From Chara braunii (lineage: Eukaryota > Plantae > Charophyceae): a DNA stretch of 63,764 bases. The stretch is from positions 409,812-473,575 of the forward strand of contig BFEA01000012.1 of NCBI GenBank assembly GCA_003427395.1, written 5' to 3'. The first letter of the stretch is position 1; each line of letters starts with the position of its first letter. The translations under genes were made by a program, and so were the position numbers. The notes below the pieces were generated by a model. That model was not told the DNA's origin. It searched no databases and was given only the letters and a program-made list of their open reading frames with translations. Shown one piece after another: positions 13,866 through 26,586 of this stretch.

Positions 13866-14710
13866 TGACATTGGATCCAGACTCGACATGGGACTTCAGA
13901 CATTTTGAAGAGGGATTATTTGGGACTTGTAACGAGACTTTCCCATCTCCCCGTTCGCCTTCTTCGTCTGATCCCTTCCTCTTCGTCTGTGTATGTCTGG
14001 ACCTGGCGCCTCTTTTCTGTGTATAGCGCCAGGCCCCTTCACACTTTGTGACGAGTATGATATATGTTTGGTCTGCGTTGAAACATCGATTGGGCTAGTC
14101 ATTAGTATTCTAGCATTCTGCTTCGCTATCTTGTGCTACGTGAAAGAGGTCAGTCCCGGTCAGGTCAGGACTTGTATCTAAGTCTTCCACTGCACTATAA
14201 AAGCACCATTTTGTATGTATCGGAATGCACATTGCTTGTTGAGATTCTACTTGCACTGCATTGTCCATTCAGTCCTTTTTATCACATTGTGGATCCTCGG
14301 TTATTATGTACATCGCCCAACTGAGCATGTAACAGTGTGTGACCCGCAATACTTGTTGGTTGGAAGGCCCCGCAGGGCCGGTACTTACCTGTGGCTGTGA
14401 CTTTGAGGGTTGCAGCGGGGAAAACACTCAAGTAGCGGGGGTAGGCCCGCGACACTTAGAGCAGCAGGGAAAAACACTCAAGTAGCAGGTAGGCCGGTAC
14501 CACTCAAGTAGTGGTAGAAGTGTCGGGNACTGGAGGCCGAGCAGAAGAAGACAAAAGTTGGCATTTTTAGAGTCCCAGTAGCGGTAGGTTAGAGGTAGGC
14601 CGGTACCAGTCCGAGTAGCCTGAGTCTAGGGCCTGTCCGGACGATAGCAGAGCCTGCAATGATATTTCCCTCCAAAAGGGAGGAGGTACCGGTTGCTGGG
14701 AGGCCGCTCG
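12700..14710. repeat. Dispersed repeat copy 1 (12700-12881 + 14335-14710), split by a solo LTR
   Basis: Colinear with the uninterrupted copy at about 26025-26570. Confidence 0.85.
12882..14334. mobile_element. Solo LTR
   Basis: Perfect 11-bp terminal inverted repeats TGTTACATGCT...AGCATGTAACA and a GTGTG target-site duplication. The empty site is visible in the copy near 26190. Confidence 0.85.
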
Positions 14711-15579
14711 GCCTAGGAAGTCACCGCCCAAGAGGCCAGTAGGTCGCTATATCTTCCGGAGGAGCAAGCAGCTCCTCATTTGCGGTATGCAAGGATTGGC
14801 GACATGCTGCTGAACCAAGCTCTGGACTTGTGCAGCGCTGCCTGGAGGTGAAGTGCAGCTGGGAGCCCAGCCTGGCTATGGCGAGCAGCCCAGCTTGAGG
14901 AGGCGGAAGAAGGGGGCGAAGGAGGAGAGTGGCGAGGTACCTACCTGGCTATGGTGGACACCATCTTCATCACCTTGTTGGGCGCTGCATCTGGAAGGCC
15001 CCAGTTGGGTAGTGCTGCACCAAGGAAGCTCGAGGCAGAGTCAGGCATGGCGGCTTAGTCAGCAGCGGCATAGCTGGTTTGGGTTGTCCTTTGGACAGGA
15101 GTGCTGCAACATAGCTGTTTTGTGTTGTCCTTTGCACAGGAGGGCAGAACCCTCCATTGTCCGCCATAGCCTAGGCTTGTGAGAAGTGGAAGAAGGGGGG
15201 AAGCCATGGCTATGGTGGACCTATGGTGATGTCAGCAGTAAGAGGGAACTTCGGACATTGATTCTGGTTCATCCCTCGTTGTTATAATTATTATTGGAAG
15301 AAGAATAATATTGGCGAAGTGAAGGAGGAGGAGGAGGTGGAGAGAGAAGGGGGATTTGTCATTGGTCTTGCTGGTGACATCTTCTTCTTCTTCTTCTTCT
15401 TCTTCTTCTTCTTCTTTTTCTCTTCTTTGGTCTCTACCTCTTTGCAAGTGCTTTCATTTCTTTCACAATTGGGTGGCATTTCAAGAAACTTAGGCACCAG
15501 ACCAGGGATAAGCGCAGGCCACTTTTAGGCCCATTTCAAGACAACCTTTTTTTGAACTTCAACGCCAGGGTCTGGCACG

Positions 15580-15781
15580 ATTCGGCATTGGCAAGAGCAG
15601 CCTCCCAGCCGTACCAGCACTATATAGTACTGGTACGCCCGGGAGTTCACAGGCAGTTCTCGGGCAGTTCAGAAGGCAGTCTTCAGGATTCAGCCGCAGC
15701 ACTCTGGAAGAGTGCTGCAGTAGTAGTAGCTAGCGCTAGGAGTAGTCTTCAGCGCTGGGCGCCGCAGGAGCTTAGAGTAGT

Positions 15782-15865
<84 letters not shown>

Positions 15866-16105
15866 NNNNNNNNNNNNNNNNNNNNNNNNNNNNNNNNNNN
15901 NNNNNNNNNNNNNNNNNNNNNNNNNNNNNNNNNNNNNNNNNNNNNNNNNNNNNNNNNNNNNNNNNNNNNNNNNNNNNNNNNNNNNNNNNNNNNNNNNNNN
16001 NNNNNNNNNNNNNNNNNNNNNNNNNNNNNNNNNNNNNNNNNNNNNNNNNNNNNNNNNNNNNNNNNNNNNNNNNNNNNNNNNNNNNNNNNNNNNNNNNNNN
16101 NNNNN

Positions 16106-16192
<87 letters not shown>

Positions 16193-16510
16193 CTTTGGGA
16201 TTTGACGACATTTGGATTCAGACTCGACATTGGGACCGAGACATAGGACGAGGGATTATTTGGGGTCTATATCGAAGACTTGGTGTTGACGACATTCCCA
16301 TCTTCCCCCTCTTCTTCGTCTGATTCCCCTCCTCCTCATATGTGTATGGTTTGGGACTGGCGCATTCTTCCTGTGTGAGCGCCAGGCCCCTTCACACCTT
16401 GCAATGATGATGATGTATGTTTGGTCTGCATTGCGACATTGATTGGTCTGATCATTGGTATTTTAGCTTTCCGCTGCGCTATCCTGTACTATGTGAGAGA
16501 GGTCGGTTCT
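15580..16510. repeat. LTR-like segment related to the 12882-14334 solo LTR
   Basis: Shares GGCATTGGCAAGAGCAGCCTCC, CAGCACTCTGGA...CTGCAGTAGTAGTAG, the (GA)n tract, CAGACTCGACAT and AGCGCCAGGCCCCTTCACAC in the same order. Ends not resolved. Confidence 0.75.
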
Positions 16511-18969
16511 TTGTTCTGGTCTGTACCGTTACGGTATGCAATAGTACGCCTTGTAGAGTATTGTTTTGGATATATTGCTTGGTTCCCCCAGCATTATCAA
16601 AAGACATGTGCGGCAGGTAAGTGCACTCTTGCAGACACACCTGCATTCTTGGCATTTCCGGTGGGGCAATGATAGCAGACATGCAGACATATGTCTGCCG
16701 GACATGTTTGCTCCTGAACATCCCAAATGACCAGGGTTGTTTGGCAGGCATCTCTGCTCCTGACACCCAGATGTTTGCGGTTGTTTACCAGAAATGTCCA
16801 CTCTTTCACAGAGGCAAGCTGAATTCCCAAAACCAACACGCACAACCCATGTAATCGCCAATAGTTAAAACTTCTCTTTCACAGAGTGAGGTACAAAACC
16901 CAAGATTCAAGCAAGCCCCCAGACAACACTCAAAGAAAATAGAATGTGCATACCAGTGCTGCCAAGAGCAGGCCCAACGAAGATGATCAAATAGTCAGAT
17001 AGCCTAAAGGGCCAGGACCACCAGAGTCAGGCACTGCGGCTGATACACTTCAGTAGTGTTAGTAGAGAGTAGATATGGGCTCCTTTCTTTTGTGTTCAAA
17101 AAACAATTACATCAAACTTGGACATTCTGCGCAAAATCAAACATATTAATTATGTGGGAAAGATATCAGATGCAGTAACCCTGTTCAGCAGCAGACCGGG
17201 GCTCAGAACTTCGCCCCCGGTAGAAACACAGACTCAGTGTCTGTGCTGGGCTATGTGACCGAGACATGCCCAGCCTGAGTCTGTCGAGGAGGCTGTGTGA
17301 CCGAACGCGTCACAAAGGAAATTCAACAGTCAAAGTCAACTGTAGAGTCAANGGTACCGCGCCCAGGCCTATGNTCGGATACATTCACTTGTTGTGTGCA
17401 GGTACCCAGACAGCATTCAGGGCGGGAGGAATACAGTTTCTGGCCAATCTGGGCCCTCATTCACATCGAGATCAGGACGGTGCAGGACTTCAACACCCGG
17501 GGTCCAGACCCCTCATCCACACTACTTAAGAGTTGACTTCCTGGCTGGAGAGCATTTGGTCTTGTGTCAATGCTGCACGCATTGACTTTGACATTGACGC
17601 TGCGATGCTGCGACGCTGCGACATTGGCTTGACGCTGGCTCTAGGCTGGCATAGGAGGAGGACGGCAAGGCGCTGCTGGCTGGCATAGTGGCTGGCCGGG
17701 AATGGTCTTCTGGGCATGCTGACGTGGCAGCTGCCATACGCCATTGCTGATGTGGCCGCTGCCACCTGTATATGATTGATGACGTGGCGGGCTGCAAGGT
17801 TGATGAGGCTGTTCTGATTCTTCGTCATTTTGGAAGGAGATCAAGACTGTGGTTATCGAGGATACGTACCTGGTTGATGACGATACTCTCCATTTGCTGA
17901 TGTAGACAGATTGACGTGCCNCGTGGCACATTGAGGAAGAACTTCAGACATTGTATTCAGTATATTGATTGATGAGGTGGCGAGTAGGAGGAGGGACCCG
18001 AAGCAGAAGTGGGCTGTTGTCTTCTTCTCTCTCCTTTGTCTATTCTCCCCTTTTCCTCTTAATCTGTGTATGTTTCCCACCTCATTCTCTCATCACACAT
18101 TTGCAATTGTTTGTCATTCATCAGCAGATTGATAATCATATGGATTGGTAATGTTGACGAGTATCATCACGTCTGGGCTCATTGCACAGATATCTGATCT
18201 CTCCCCTTCTCACACTCCCTCCCTGCTCCCACCTCCCTCCTCCTTTCCTCTGTCTCTCACACAAACATATCTTTATTCAAGAATCAGATATCATACCCCT
18301 CCTCCCTTGGCACATTATCAGCAACATCCCCCTTCGTCAATGCTCAACCCTCCGCGCCTCCACCCACCTTTCCGTTCCCCATGCCACATGATTAGGCTTC
18401 GCAAACCCCATGCCTCAGGATTTCCATCACTGCACCACAAAACCAAGAATTCAGCTTCGGATCAGAGAGCAAAAGGGAAGAAGCATGAATACTCACAAAG
18501 ACGTAAGGTTTGTTAACTTGGCAATAGATTTTGGCAAGATCGAATTCAGATTGAGTTCGCTGAAATCCCTGTCAAGCATTTCAAAAGCTTTGTCAGTAAA
18601 AATCATTACATGTTTGTCCTATCAAACAACCATCCAAAGCATGGGCAAAAGCAAAGCATGTGAAAGCACACAAGCATCAAGAAACCAAGAGCTCCAGACA
18701 TCAGGCAAAGCATTATTAACTCTGCTGCAAGAAACAAAGAGATCACTCACCCAAACCACGAGTTCGGACCAGCGAGAGCCTGTTAAGAACCAAACCATTT
18801 ACATATGTTCCATTCTGTCGCTGTCAGCTGAGTGGTATATACCAGACATCTGCATAAAAGTGTTCCCATTTCAAATGCTCTTGAAGGCACTGTTCTCTTT
18901 TGTAACTTTTCAGATTGGTCTAACATCCAATAAAATTTACGGATTTTCTGGCTTCGCACTTTCCCTTTT

Positions 18970-19345
18970 AAACCACCAGTAACCCACCCAGGTATGTTTT
19001 TTCACCTCCAGTATGCTCCAGGGTCACCGGCATGGCAGGGTTTTGGACATGGGCATAGCTTGTATGAAGAGAACAATTGGCCAAAGGTAGAAGCCGAGTT
19101 CAACAACTGCTTTGATAAGAAGGGAGCGTTCTGCACACTCAAGGCATCCAAGACAGCAAAAGATAAAACCAGCGAGATGGGGGAGGCGATGGTGTTATGA
19201 GTTGCATATACACTGTATCCGCAGGGTATCCGCTTGCTCTGGCAAGTGAGTTCCACATCCGGCTGAGAAAAAAAATGGAGTCTCTTTGAAGCCATCCATT
19301 TAGCCCCTTGAAACTGCCTTGGTGCAAACATGCTGCAGACACATA
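18970..19345 (+). pseudogene. hAT-family transposase relic (C-terminal dimerisation region)
   Basis: The frame from 19201 reads IRLLWQVSSTSG*EKKWSLFEAIHLAP*NCL, matching the hAT consensus SxSxCERNWSxFxxIHxxxRNRL. Upstream FFHLQY resembles the FLNPxY motif. Confidence 0.75.
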
Positions 19346-19985
19346 ACCTGCATGAGCAGGAGTGATACAGCAGAAGGACACAGAACCTGCTATGCTCTTC
19401 CCAGAGAATGCCATAAATCATTGTCTGACAACACATTGCCTCGACAACGCCGCAGCAAGCCCAGCCAAGAGGACGAGGCTGAGAGGGAGACACCTGCAAA
19501 GGCAGCACTTGAATCTCAAGGCGGTGGAGGAGACGAGGACAGGGAGGATGAAAAATCTGAGAGTGACTCCCCGGGAAACAGTAGTCACGAAATTGAGCCT
19601 TTGGCGGTGAAACGGCGAAGAGAGAGAAAGACATATATATTGTCACATAACTATGAACTAAAAGAGCGCAATTTTTGCGAAACAAACGACAAAAACTGAA
19701 AACTAAAAACACAGGACAAACATGAAGGGCACAGTGAAACCATTCATTTTTCTCATTCTTCTTTGGACTCCCCTTTCACCGTGCCTCTTACGTACAAGGC
19801 TCGCCACATTGATGAAGTTGAGCGCGAGCTGCCCCCATCCCCGTGTGCCATAACAGCCCGCTTAGGGAGGGGATAAACACAGGGAGGAGAGATGGAGAGC
19901 AGACAAACAAAGAGTGATAAAGGGAAAGTAAGGGAAAGTATGGAGTGCGGAGTGAAGATGAAGGCAAAAGAGGATAAGAAAACGC

Positions 19986-20935
19986 TCAAGAATGAGTCGG
20001 TCCTTGACGACAGAGCGGACATACATTGTAAGGATGACGTGGATGAACACATGGAAGACCTAGATGAGCATTCTCAATGCAACAATTGCCACGACGGGTG
20101 GCATTGAGCATGCCCGCCATACACCCCCGACAAATGGCATGTCGATTGCAGGCCAAAATGAAAGCAGAACGGTCACCACAAAAGAGCATGCATTCAGTAT
20201 AGCGCCCATGGCCGCAAAATGGACATATACTGTCCGGATGCGGAGGGTGCCTGCAGTCAGGAACGGTGGGACAGTCCTCTGCACAAATGGATGCAGAAAC
20301 CATGTCATTGTAGCGATTGTGACAGAGACGATGGCGGCTACAGCCGAGTGTAACAGTGTTTGTGGTTGTGCAAAGGAGAAGGTCACAGAGTGTTGGTACA
20401 TTGTCTTGCTGCAGCACGAGGCCAGAGGAATGATCTTCGACATAACAGAGATTGCGGACGGTTTGTTGTGGCAAGAAAACAGCATCATTTTGTAAGAAAT
20501 CAGTGACATCAATCATGGCATGGACCATGGTGCCATTGTCCCACAGCTCCCAGTGGTCAGAGGCATGTACAATGGCCATGTAATGGCCAGGGCCGTGCAC
20601 AATGCAGGCAGAGATGTGGGATGGAGGAGTAAACCACTCACCTGCTCGAGCATTGCGTAGTTAAGTTGATGGTCCCTCATTGCTACTTGTAGGACAGCAA
20701 TGGTAAAGCCTCCTTCGCTGGTATAATTACAATCCTCTGGCTGTCGTCGGGGAAGATCAGCATCAAGCTGAAGGGCGATTGCAAGGAAGTCTGATGGTGT
20801 ATAAAACGGGCGATGGAGAATGTGAAGGCAGATATCAGTTGCTGTCAGACCACAGAGATTGGAGAGGTTCTCAGGCTGGTTTGTTGGATGCTGGCCAACA
20901 ATTTGCAGATCACCCAGATGGTGTTGCAAGCCCAA
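19986..20935 (-). pseudogene. Josephin (MJD/ataxin-3-like) cysteine protease domain followed by two RING-like Cys/His repeats; one frameshift near 20600
   Basis: NQPENLSNLCGL...FYTPSDFLAIALQLD...NYTSEGGFTIAVLQVAM resembles ataxin-3 (Q-x-LC...YFSPVELSSIAHQLD...NMDDSGFFSIQVISNAL). GHYMAIVHASDHWELWDN supplies the His and Asp. Two Cys/His repeats follow, ending CPFC and CPLC. Confidence 0.75.
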
Positions 20936-21936
20936 ACTGTGTTGGGTTATTTACTGGTCAGTCATTTGCAGATCACCCATGTGGTCTGCGTGTGGTGGAG
21001 CACAAAATTGTGGTTAATCCGAAGAATGCTGGTCAGCCATTTGCTGATCCCCCATGTGGTCTACGCCTTATGGGGTCAACTGCAATCAGGGCAGATCATG
21101 TTCCAATCCCTCAACGTTTAGGGCTGCATTCTGAGTAGGGACTGTACCTGGAGTCGGGAGTGTACTCTGGGCAGCGGATGCATCCTAAGTAGGGACTGGT
21201 GGCTGCCTGCAGGCAGCTGGACTGTCTGCAGGAGGCATAGGAACTGATATTGCCGTTTGAAACAAAGGAACCACAACAACCTGTGGAGGAGGCACAGAGA
21301 GAATCGGGGCAGACAAAGAAACAGGTTGCTGATCCCTGGACAAGTGACGATGCCGCGGATGTCACCGTGATACACAACAAGAGGAGTAATGGTGTGACAT
21401 ATATATATATATATATGCGCTCTGATACTCTTGTGACAATATATACTCCGACGTTGCTAGCTCTCTGCTTTTGTAGATTATGTGGCAAGCGTCGGTCCTG
21501 TACTAACAGGCTCTTCTTTGGTTATGGTAGAAGATATTTTTTTATTCTCTTGTCAGTGAATTCATTTACGTCGAAAATAGCTTGACTCATCGTCCTACCA
21601 TCCCCTTTTTTTTGTGTTGCTCATTCTTCCCCGTTGTTGGGGTGTTTCATTTTGCGGGCCTACTGTATGGTTCCGTTTTTCTTTTACTATGGATATGGTA
21701 GATTTGTTGTGGTGTGGTAACCTTGTCTGCATCCCCTTTGGTTTTATCCCGTTGTCCCGGTACGAATTGCTCACGATGACGCCGAATAAGAATGTCGAAC
21801 AATGCCATCTGCTGTGTATAGGTATGTATCTGGGACTTATTTTGATTTCTTTGCAGACAAGAATGTTTTGACATCCTGGTTGGTTTTGTCCCGTCATTCG
21901 CCCTGTGTGTGTTGGGGCGGTGCTTGCGAGAGAGAN

Positions 21937-22014
<78 letters not shown>

Positions 22015-22309
22015 GGGAGAGAGAGAGAGAGTTTGTTCAAGTCTCAGACACGTTGTTTGTTCTATTATGGAGTGTCTGCTTTGTCAACCTTTATTCTGTT
22101 CCTTCTTGCATTCTGGGCACTCTGCATTCTGCCCCCTTGCTGTTGGCCTGCTTGCAATGGAAGGTTTGTGCTTTTTAGTAATTAAACCAGAAAAGCCATC
22201 GTCATGTCAACAGGTATGCCTTGCTAGGACACCGCCCCCTGAGAACAAAGTGAAGGTTGTTATGTGATGACTTTGGATTAAATATGCAAAAGGTACTGGA
22301 CACCACTGC

Positions 22310-22680
22310 CAACAATGACGACAACCACCACCAACAACGACCCTAACCAACAGCAACAACCACCAACAATGAGGGCCACAACGGCCGGTAACAACAACCA
22401 CAACCAATAACAATGACTACCAAAACCGACACAACGACCACCAAAACGAACAACAACGACAGCCACAACCAACAACAATGACAACCAACAACAACAACAA
22501 CCACAACCAATGACATCATGACGACAACCACAACAACGAACATTAAACCCCAAACCCCAACCCCGAACTACAACAACAAACGGCAACCCCGAACCACAAC
22601 AACAAGTTTCAAACACAAATTACAAAAACAAACACCAACCCCAAACAATGACAACAACAACAACAACAACAACAATGAAG
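22310..22680. repeat. Degenerate (CAA)n microsatellite
   Basis: Direct reading. Confidence 0.9.
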
Positions 22681-25157
22681 AAAAAGACGAAGAAGGAAAA
22701 TTCTAAGACCAGGACATTCTGGATCATGCACTAAGCAGGCAAAAAAAATTAAAAAACATAAAAAAAGAGGAGGGAGAAGAAAGCTGGGGGGACAGCGGAA
22801 CAACAATGAGAGACAGGGCAAACTGGTTTTGAAACCGAGAAGATGGAGGAGGAGATTGAGAGAAGAAGAGCATTCATGAGTAGTCAACCAATGGAGCAAT
22901 CATTGGCAATCAATTACAAACCAATAGTCATCATCGGGAAAGTACTCACAAAGCTGTAACACTGCCATTAGTGCAGGTGAGCAATGCGTCAGTTTTCTTT
23001 CTATCAGGGCTACCCACGTCACAAATCGAGTTTCGCTGCAGGTTACTCAGTCCCGGTGGATCTCCCAGTTCCTGTTTGATCTCCATTACAATATCAACTG
23101 CAAGAACCCAGTAGTCAAGTGACAAACCAGCAACGAGATCATGTTCAGTACTCCCAACCACCTACCAGTCCAATGGTTGAAATACCTCCCGTCCTTCCAA
23201 CCTTCCCTCTTTCTCCCCTTCCTTCCCCCTTCCTCCCTTCCTTTCTCCCATTTCCGCACTTTGTTCATTCATTCATTCCACCACTCCCTTCTCTATCATC
23301 CCATCCATCCATCCACCCAATCTGTGCCATCGATTCTCCATTCATGCACTCATGTATTCAGTCATCCACTTAAGCTCAATTGGAAAAAAGGTCTACATCT
23401 GGTGCTATCCCATGTAGGTTAGGGGTTGCACACCTTTACGTTATGGCCCTGCAACATCACCTCTGCAAAAGGGTCAAACTCCAACCAAACGGCAAGAAGA
23501 TTACACCTAATGCCAGTGTTCATAGCAGATTCCCGAAGACCAATAGACACTCGTTCCGTTGTGCTCCTCTACCTTTTACAATTTCAGCCCTGTTAGGAGA
23601 GGAAGAGGCATGCAATAGGCATTGATCCATCTATCCTTTTCTACTCGAACTAAACTAACCAGGATAAGTGAAGGGCATCACTTATCTGGAGGAACACAGT
23701 GCCATGCTTGCAAAGAAGCACAGTATCAGCTGCCTTGCTGGGCTGTATCAAAATAGGCACCACAATGACCACACACACAAAAAAAAAAACGGAAAAAAAG
23801 AAACAAAGTCCTTATGGTCCTGGCATCATATCCATTCTGGGTCCGGTTCTTATTCCACCCGCAAGTTATAAATATAACAAGAACACCCTCACACTTCCTT
23901 CCGTTCGTCGAAGGACCCCTGATCAGCATTGATCGCTCCAGATGCCTGGAGGGTTGACTGTCAGCTTGCCTTGCCTCCACCTTTCCTCTCAGAGTTGTTT
24001 ACTCAAACCTGCCAAATGCGAAACCAAGAAAGTGCAATAACTCAGCCCAAATCTGCAAGCCGCAGGCGACATGTCGTCACTTTGGGTCAAAGGCCTGAAA
24101 CAGGGGTCAAGAGTCACGCCCTACGTCTGAGAAACGCCTGGGTAAAGGCCTAAGGTCAAAGGGTACCCAGGGCAGGGCCAAAAACAGCATCCAGAGGCCC
24201 CAGGTGCTGTAGTTGACTCTTGGAAATCAAGATTCAACCCAAGCACGGAAATTCCGCCCCAAAGTCAAACTCAACCATCTGGTCAGCCACGGCCATCGGT
24301 CAGATGCACATCATTGGTTTTCTGCAGGTATCCGGAAGATTCCAGTTCCGACTGGGAAACGGTACCACTGCTTCAAAGTTGCATCCAGGCCATCCAGATC
24401 GGTAAAATCTGGAGCGTCAACACTGTCAAAGGGGAGACTGGTCCATGCCAGTCCACACCAGTCAATGCTACAAAAGGATGGTCAGACAACAGGGAGGGCA
24501 TTCTGCCTTGCGCTGGCTTGATACTAGTGTCATGACGCGAGGCTGCTGGAGCTGTATGCCGGCGCCAGATGATGGGAGTGGGCGCCAGCCTTGAGGGAGA
24601 TAACGTTGGCGAAGCCATGGCCACGTAGATATAGACTAGGTGGTAATTATTGGCGAGGAGGAGGACGATCAGGGCTGTGAGACTGACAGGAGAGGTGGGG
24701 AGAATTACATGGACTTACCTGGCGACGACACGTGTGATCTGCTGCTGTCTCCACGAAGGTGAGGAAGTGCTGCACCATCCTCCATGTCTGATTGCGGATG
24801 TGGAAGGAGGATGGGCGCCCTGTTCTGATCAGCACAGTAATTATGACAGAGGACATCAGGGGGAACATGCATTGCTGAGGTGGCATGAGGGAGAGAAGCC
24901 CGAAGTGGGAGTGGGAGACAGGAAGACATATTTGTGATATTGACTATCATTGAGACTCTCCTCCTCCTCTTCTCTGTCTCATCTCTGCCCTTATTCTTCT
25001 CTCATGCTCTTCTCTGACAGGATAATACTCTTGAATTGTGCATTTGATCAAGACTTGGACTTGTAATTGACGATTGGTGACTTCATGAGGCACACTGGGT
25101 TCAGACTTCCATTGCATTGCTGATTGGGTTTCCGATGAGGCTGGGTTGATTACAATT

Positions 25158-25169
25158 TGGTATCAGAGC
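25158..25169 (+). promoter_or_regulatory. tRNA-iMet primer-binding site after an LTR end
   Basis: TGGTATCAGAGC, 3 nt after ...TGATTACA (25154). Confidence 0.75.
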
Positions 25170-26024
25170 GATATTCTCCCACCTCGCGGGCTGCTGATTG
25201 TCACCATGGGGGAATGATGATGATGATGATGATGTGATGATGTGATGACGTGGTGATTGTCTGCCGTGGAGTGGAAGAGCGGCATTGTCGTCATCATTAT
25301 CGTTTCTTGACATTTCATCGGCGGGCAGAGCAATATCAGTGCCACGTAGCAAAGTGATTGCCGACATGGCACTCACGAAAGAGACTGGCGAGAAGGAAGG
25401 AGCGCTGACATGGCATGGGAAGGCATGACGAGGCACTTACCGTCACTTACCAAGTGAAGACAAGTACGGCAGCTGCTCGTTGAGGTGGTAGACAGCTTGC
25501 TGACGTGGTCTACACTTTGATGCTAACGTGGACAGACTTGCTGACGTGGCAGGCACTATTGTGCCATCCTATACACCTCCTGCTGATGCATTCTCTACTG
25601 ACGTGGCATGCTGCCCTGTCGAGGTTGCATTTCACACAGGTGCTGACGTGGCACCTCCATGAGAGCAGTGTGGTATCTCCATTGACATGGCACCTTCAAG
25701 GAGCAGCGGAGCTGATATGGTTCCTTCCTGGAGGCAAGTCGGTATTCTATTGCTGATGTGGCCTATGCATGGCCGATTGACGGCAGTACAGCGGAAGTTA
25801 ATGCTGTAGTGCCACGTGCCTGGACGTGTGCCTGGTCACACAGACATCCGCAAGTGGACAGTGGGAGCAGCAGGAGCTAACAATTGTCTGCTTGTTGTGT
25901 GTGCTGATGCTGATTCTTGCATACTTGCCTGCCGTTGGCTGTCTTGTGGATGTTTGCAGACTTACCATTGTGTGTTGTCTTGATCTCACTGAGCCCGCAC
26001 AGTCTCTCCAATTAGAATAACATA

Positions 26025-26570
26025 GGTGAAATGACCTGCCAAAACACAGACTGAGAACACTGCTGATTTCTGGGTTTTGCCGCTGGAATCTATGCCTTGC
26101 TGAAATTCCCGCATTCTGCTGAGTTTTCTAACTCTGTGAGCATGCCTGCTGATCTGCGTGCCTGTCTGAGTGCTTGTCGGCCTGAGTGTGTGTGTGAACC
26201 GCAAGGGTACTTTTTTCATTTGGAGGCCCTGCAGGGCCGGTACTTACCTGTGGCCGAGACTTTGAGGGTTGCAGCGGGGAAAAACACTCAAGTGGCGGGG
26301 GTAGGCCTGCGACACTTAGAACAGCGGGGACAAACACTCGAGTAGCAGGTAGGCCGGTACCACTCAAGTAGTAGTAGACGCGTCGGTTACTCGAGGCCGA
26401 GCAGAAGAAGACAAAAAGTTGGCATTATCAGAGGCCCAGATAGTGGTAGGCTAGAGGTAGTTGGGTAGCAGTCCATGTAGCCTTAGTCTAGGGCCTGTAC
26501 GGACGATATCAGAGCCTGAAATGATGTTTCCCTCCGAAAGGGAGAAGCTACCGGTTGCATGGAGCCCGCG
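26025..26570. repeat. Dispersed repeat copy 2
   Basis: Matches 12700-12881 joined to 14335-14710. Confidence 0.85.
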
Positions 26571-26586
26571 CGTTGTCGCACTTTTT

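Noticed and set aside
13416-16230. ORFs with poly-X and (ER)n/(SL)n runs
   Set aside because: Artefacts of N-gaps and (GA)n microsatellites.
20513-20600. USP (C19) deubiquitinase suggested by GHY-x-A...W...D
   Set aside because: The Cys-to-His spacing is short and the upstream motifs fit Josephin better than USP.
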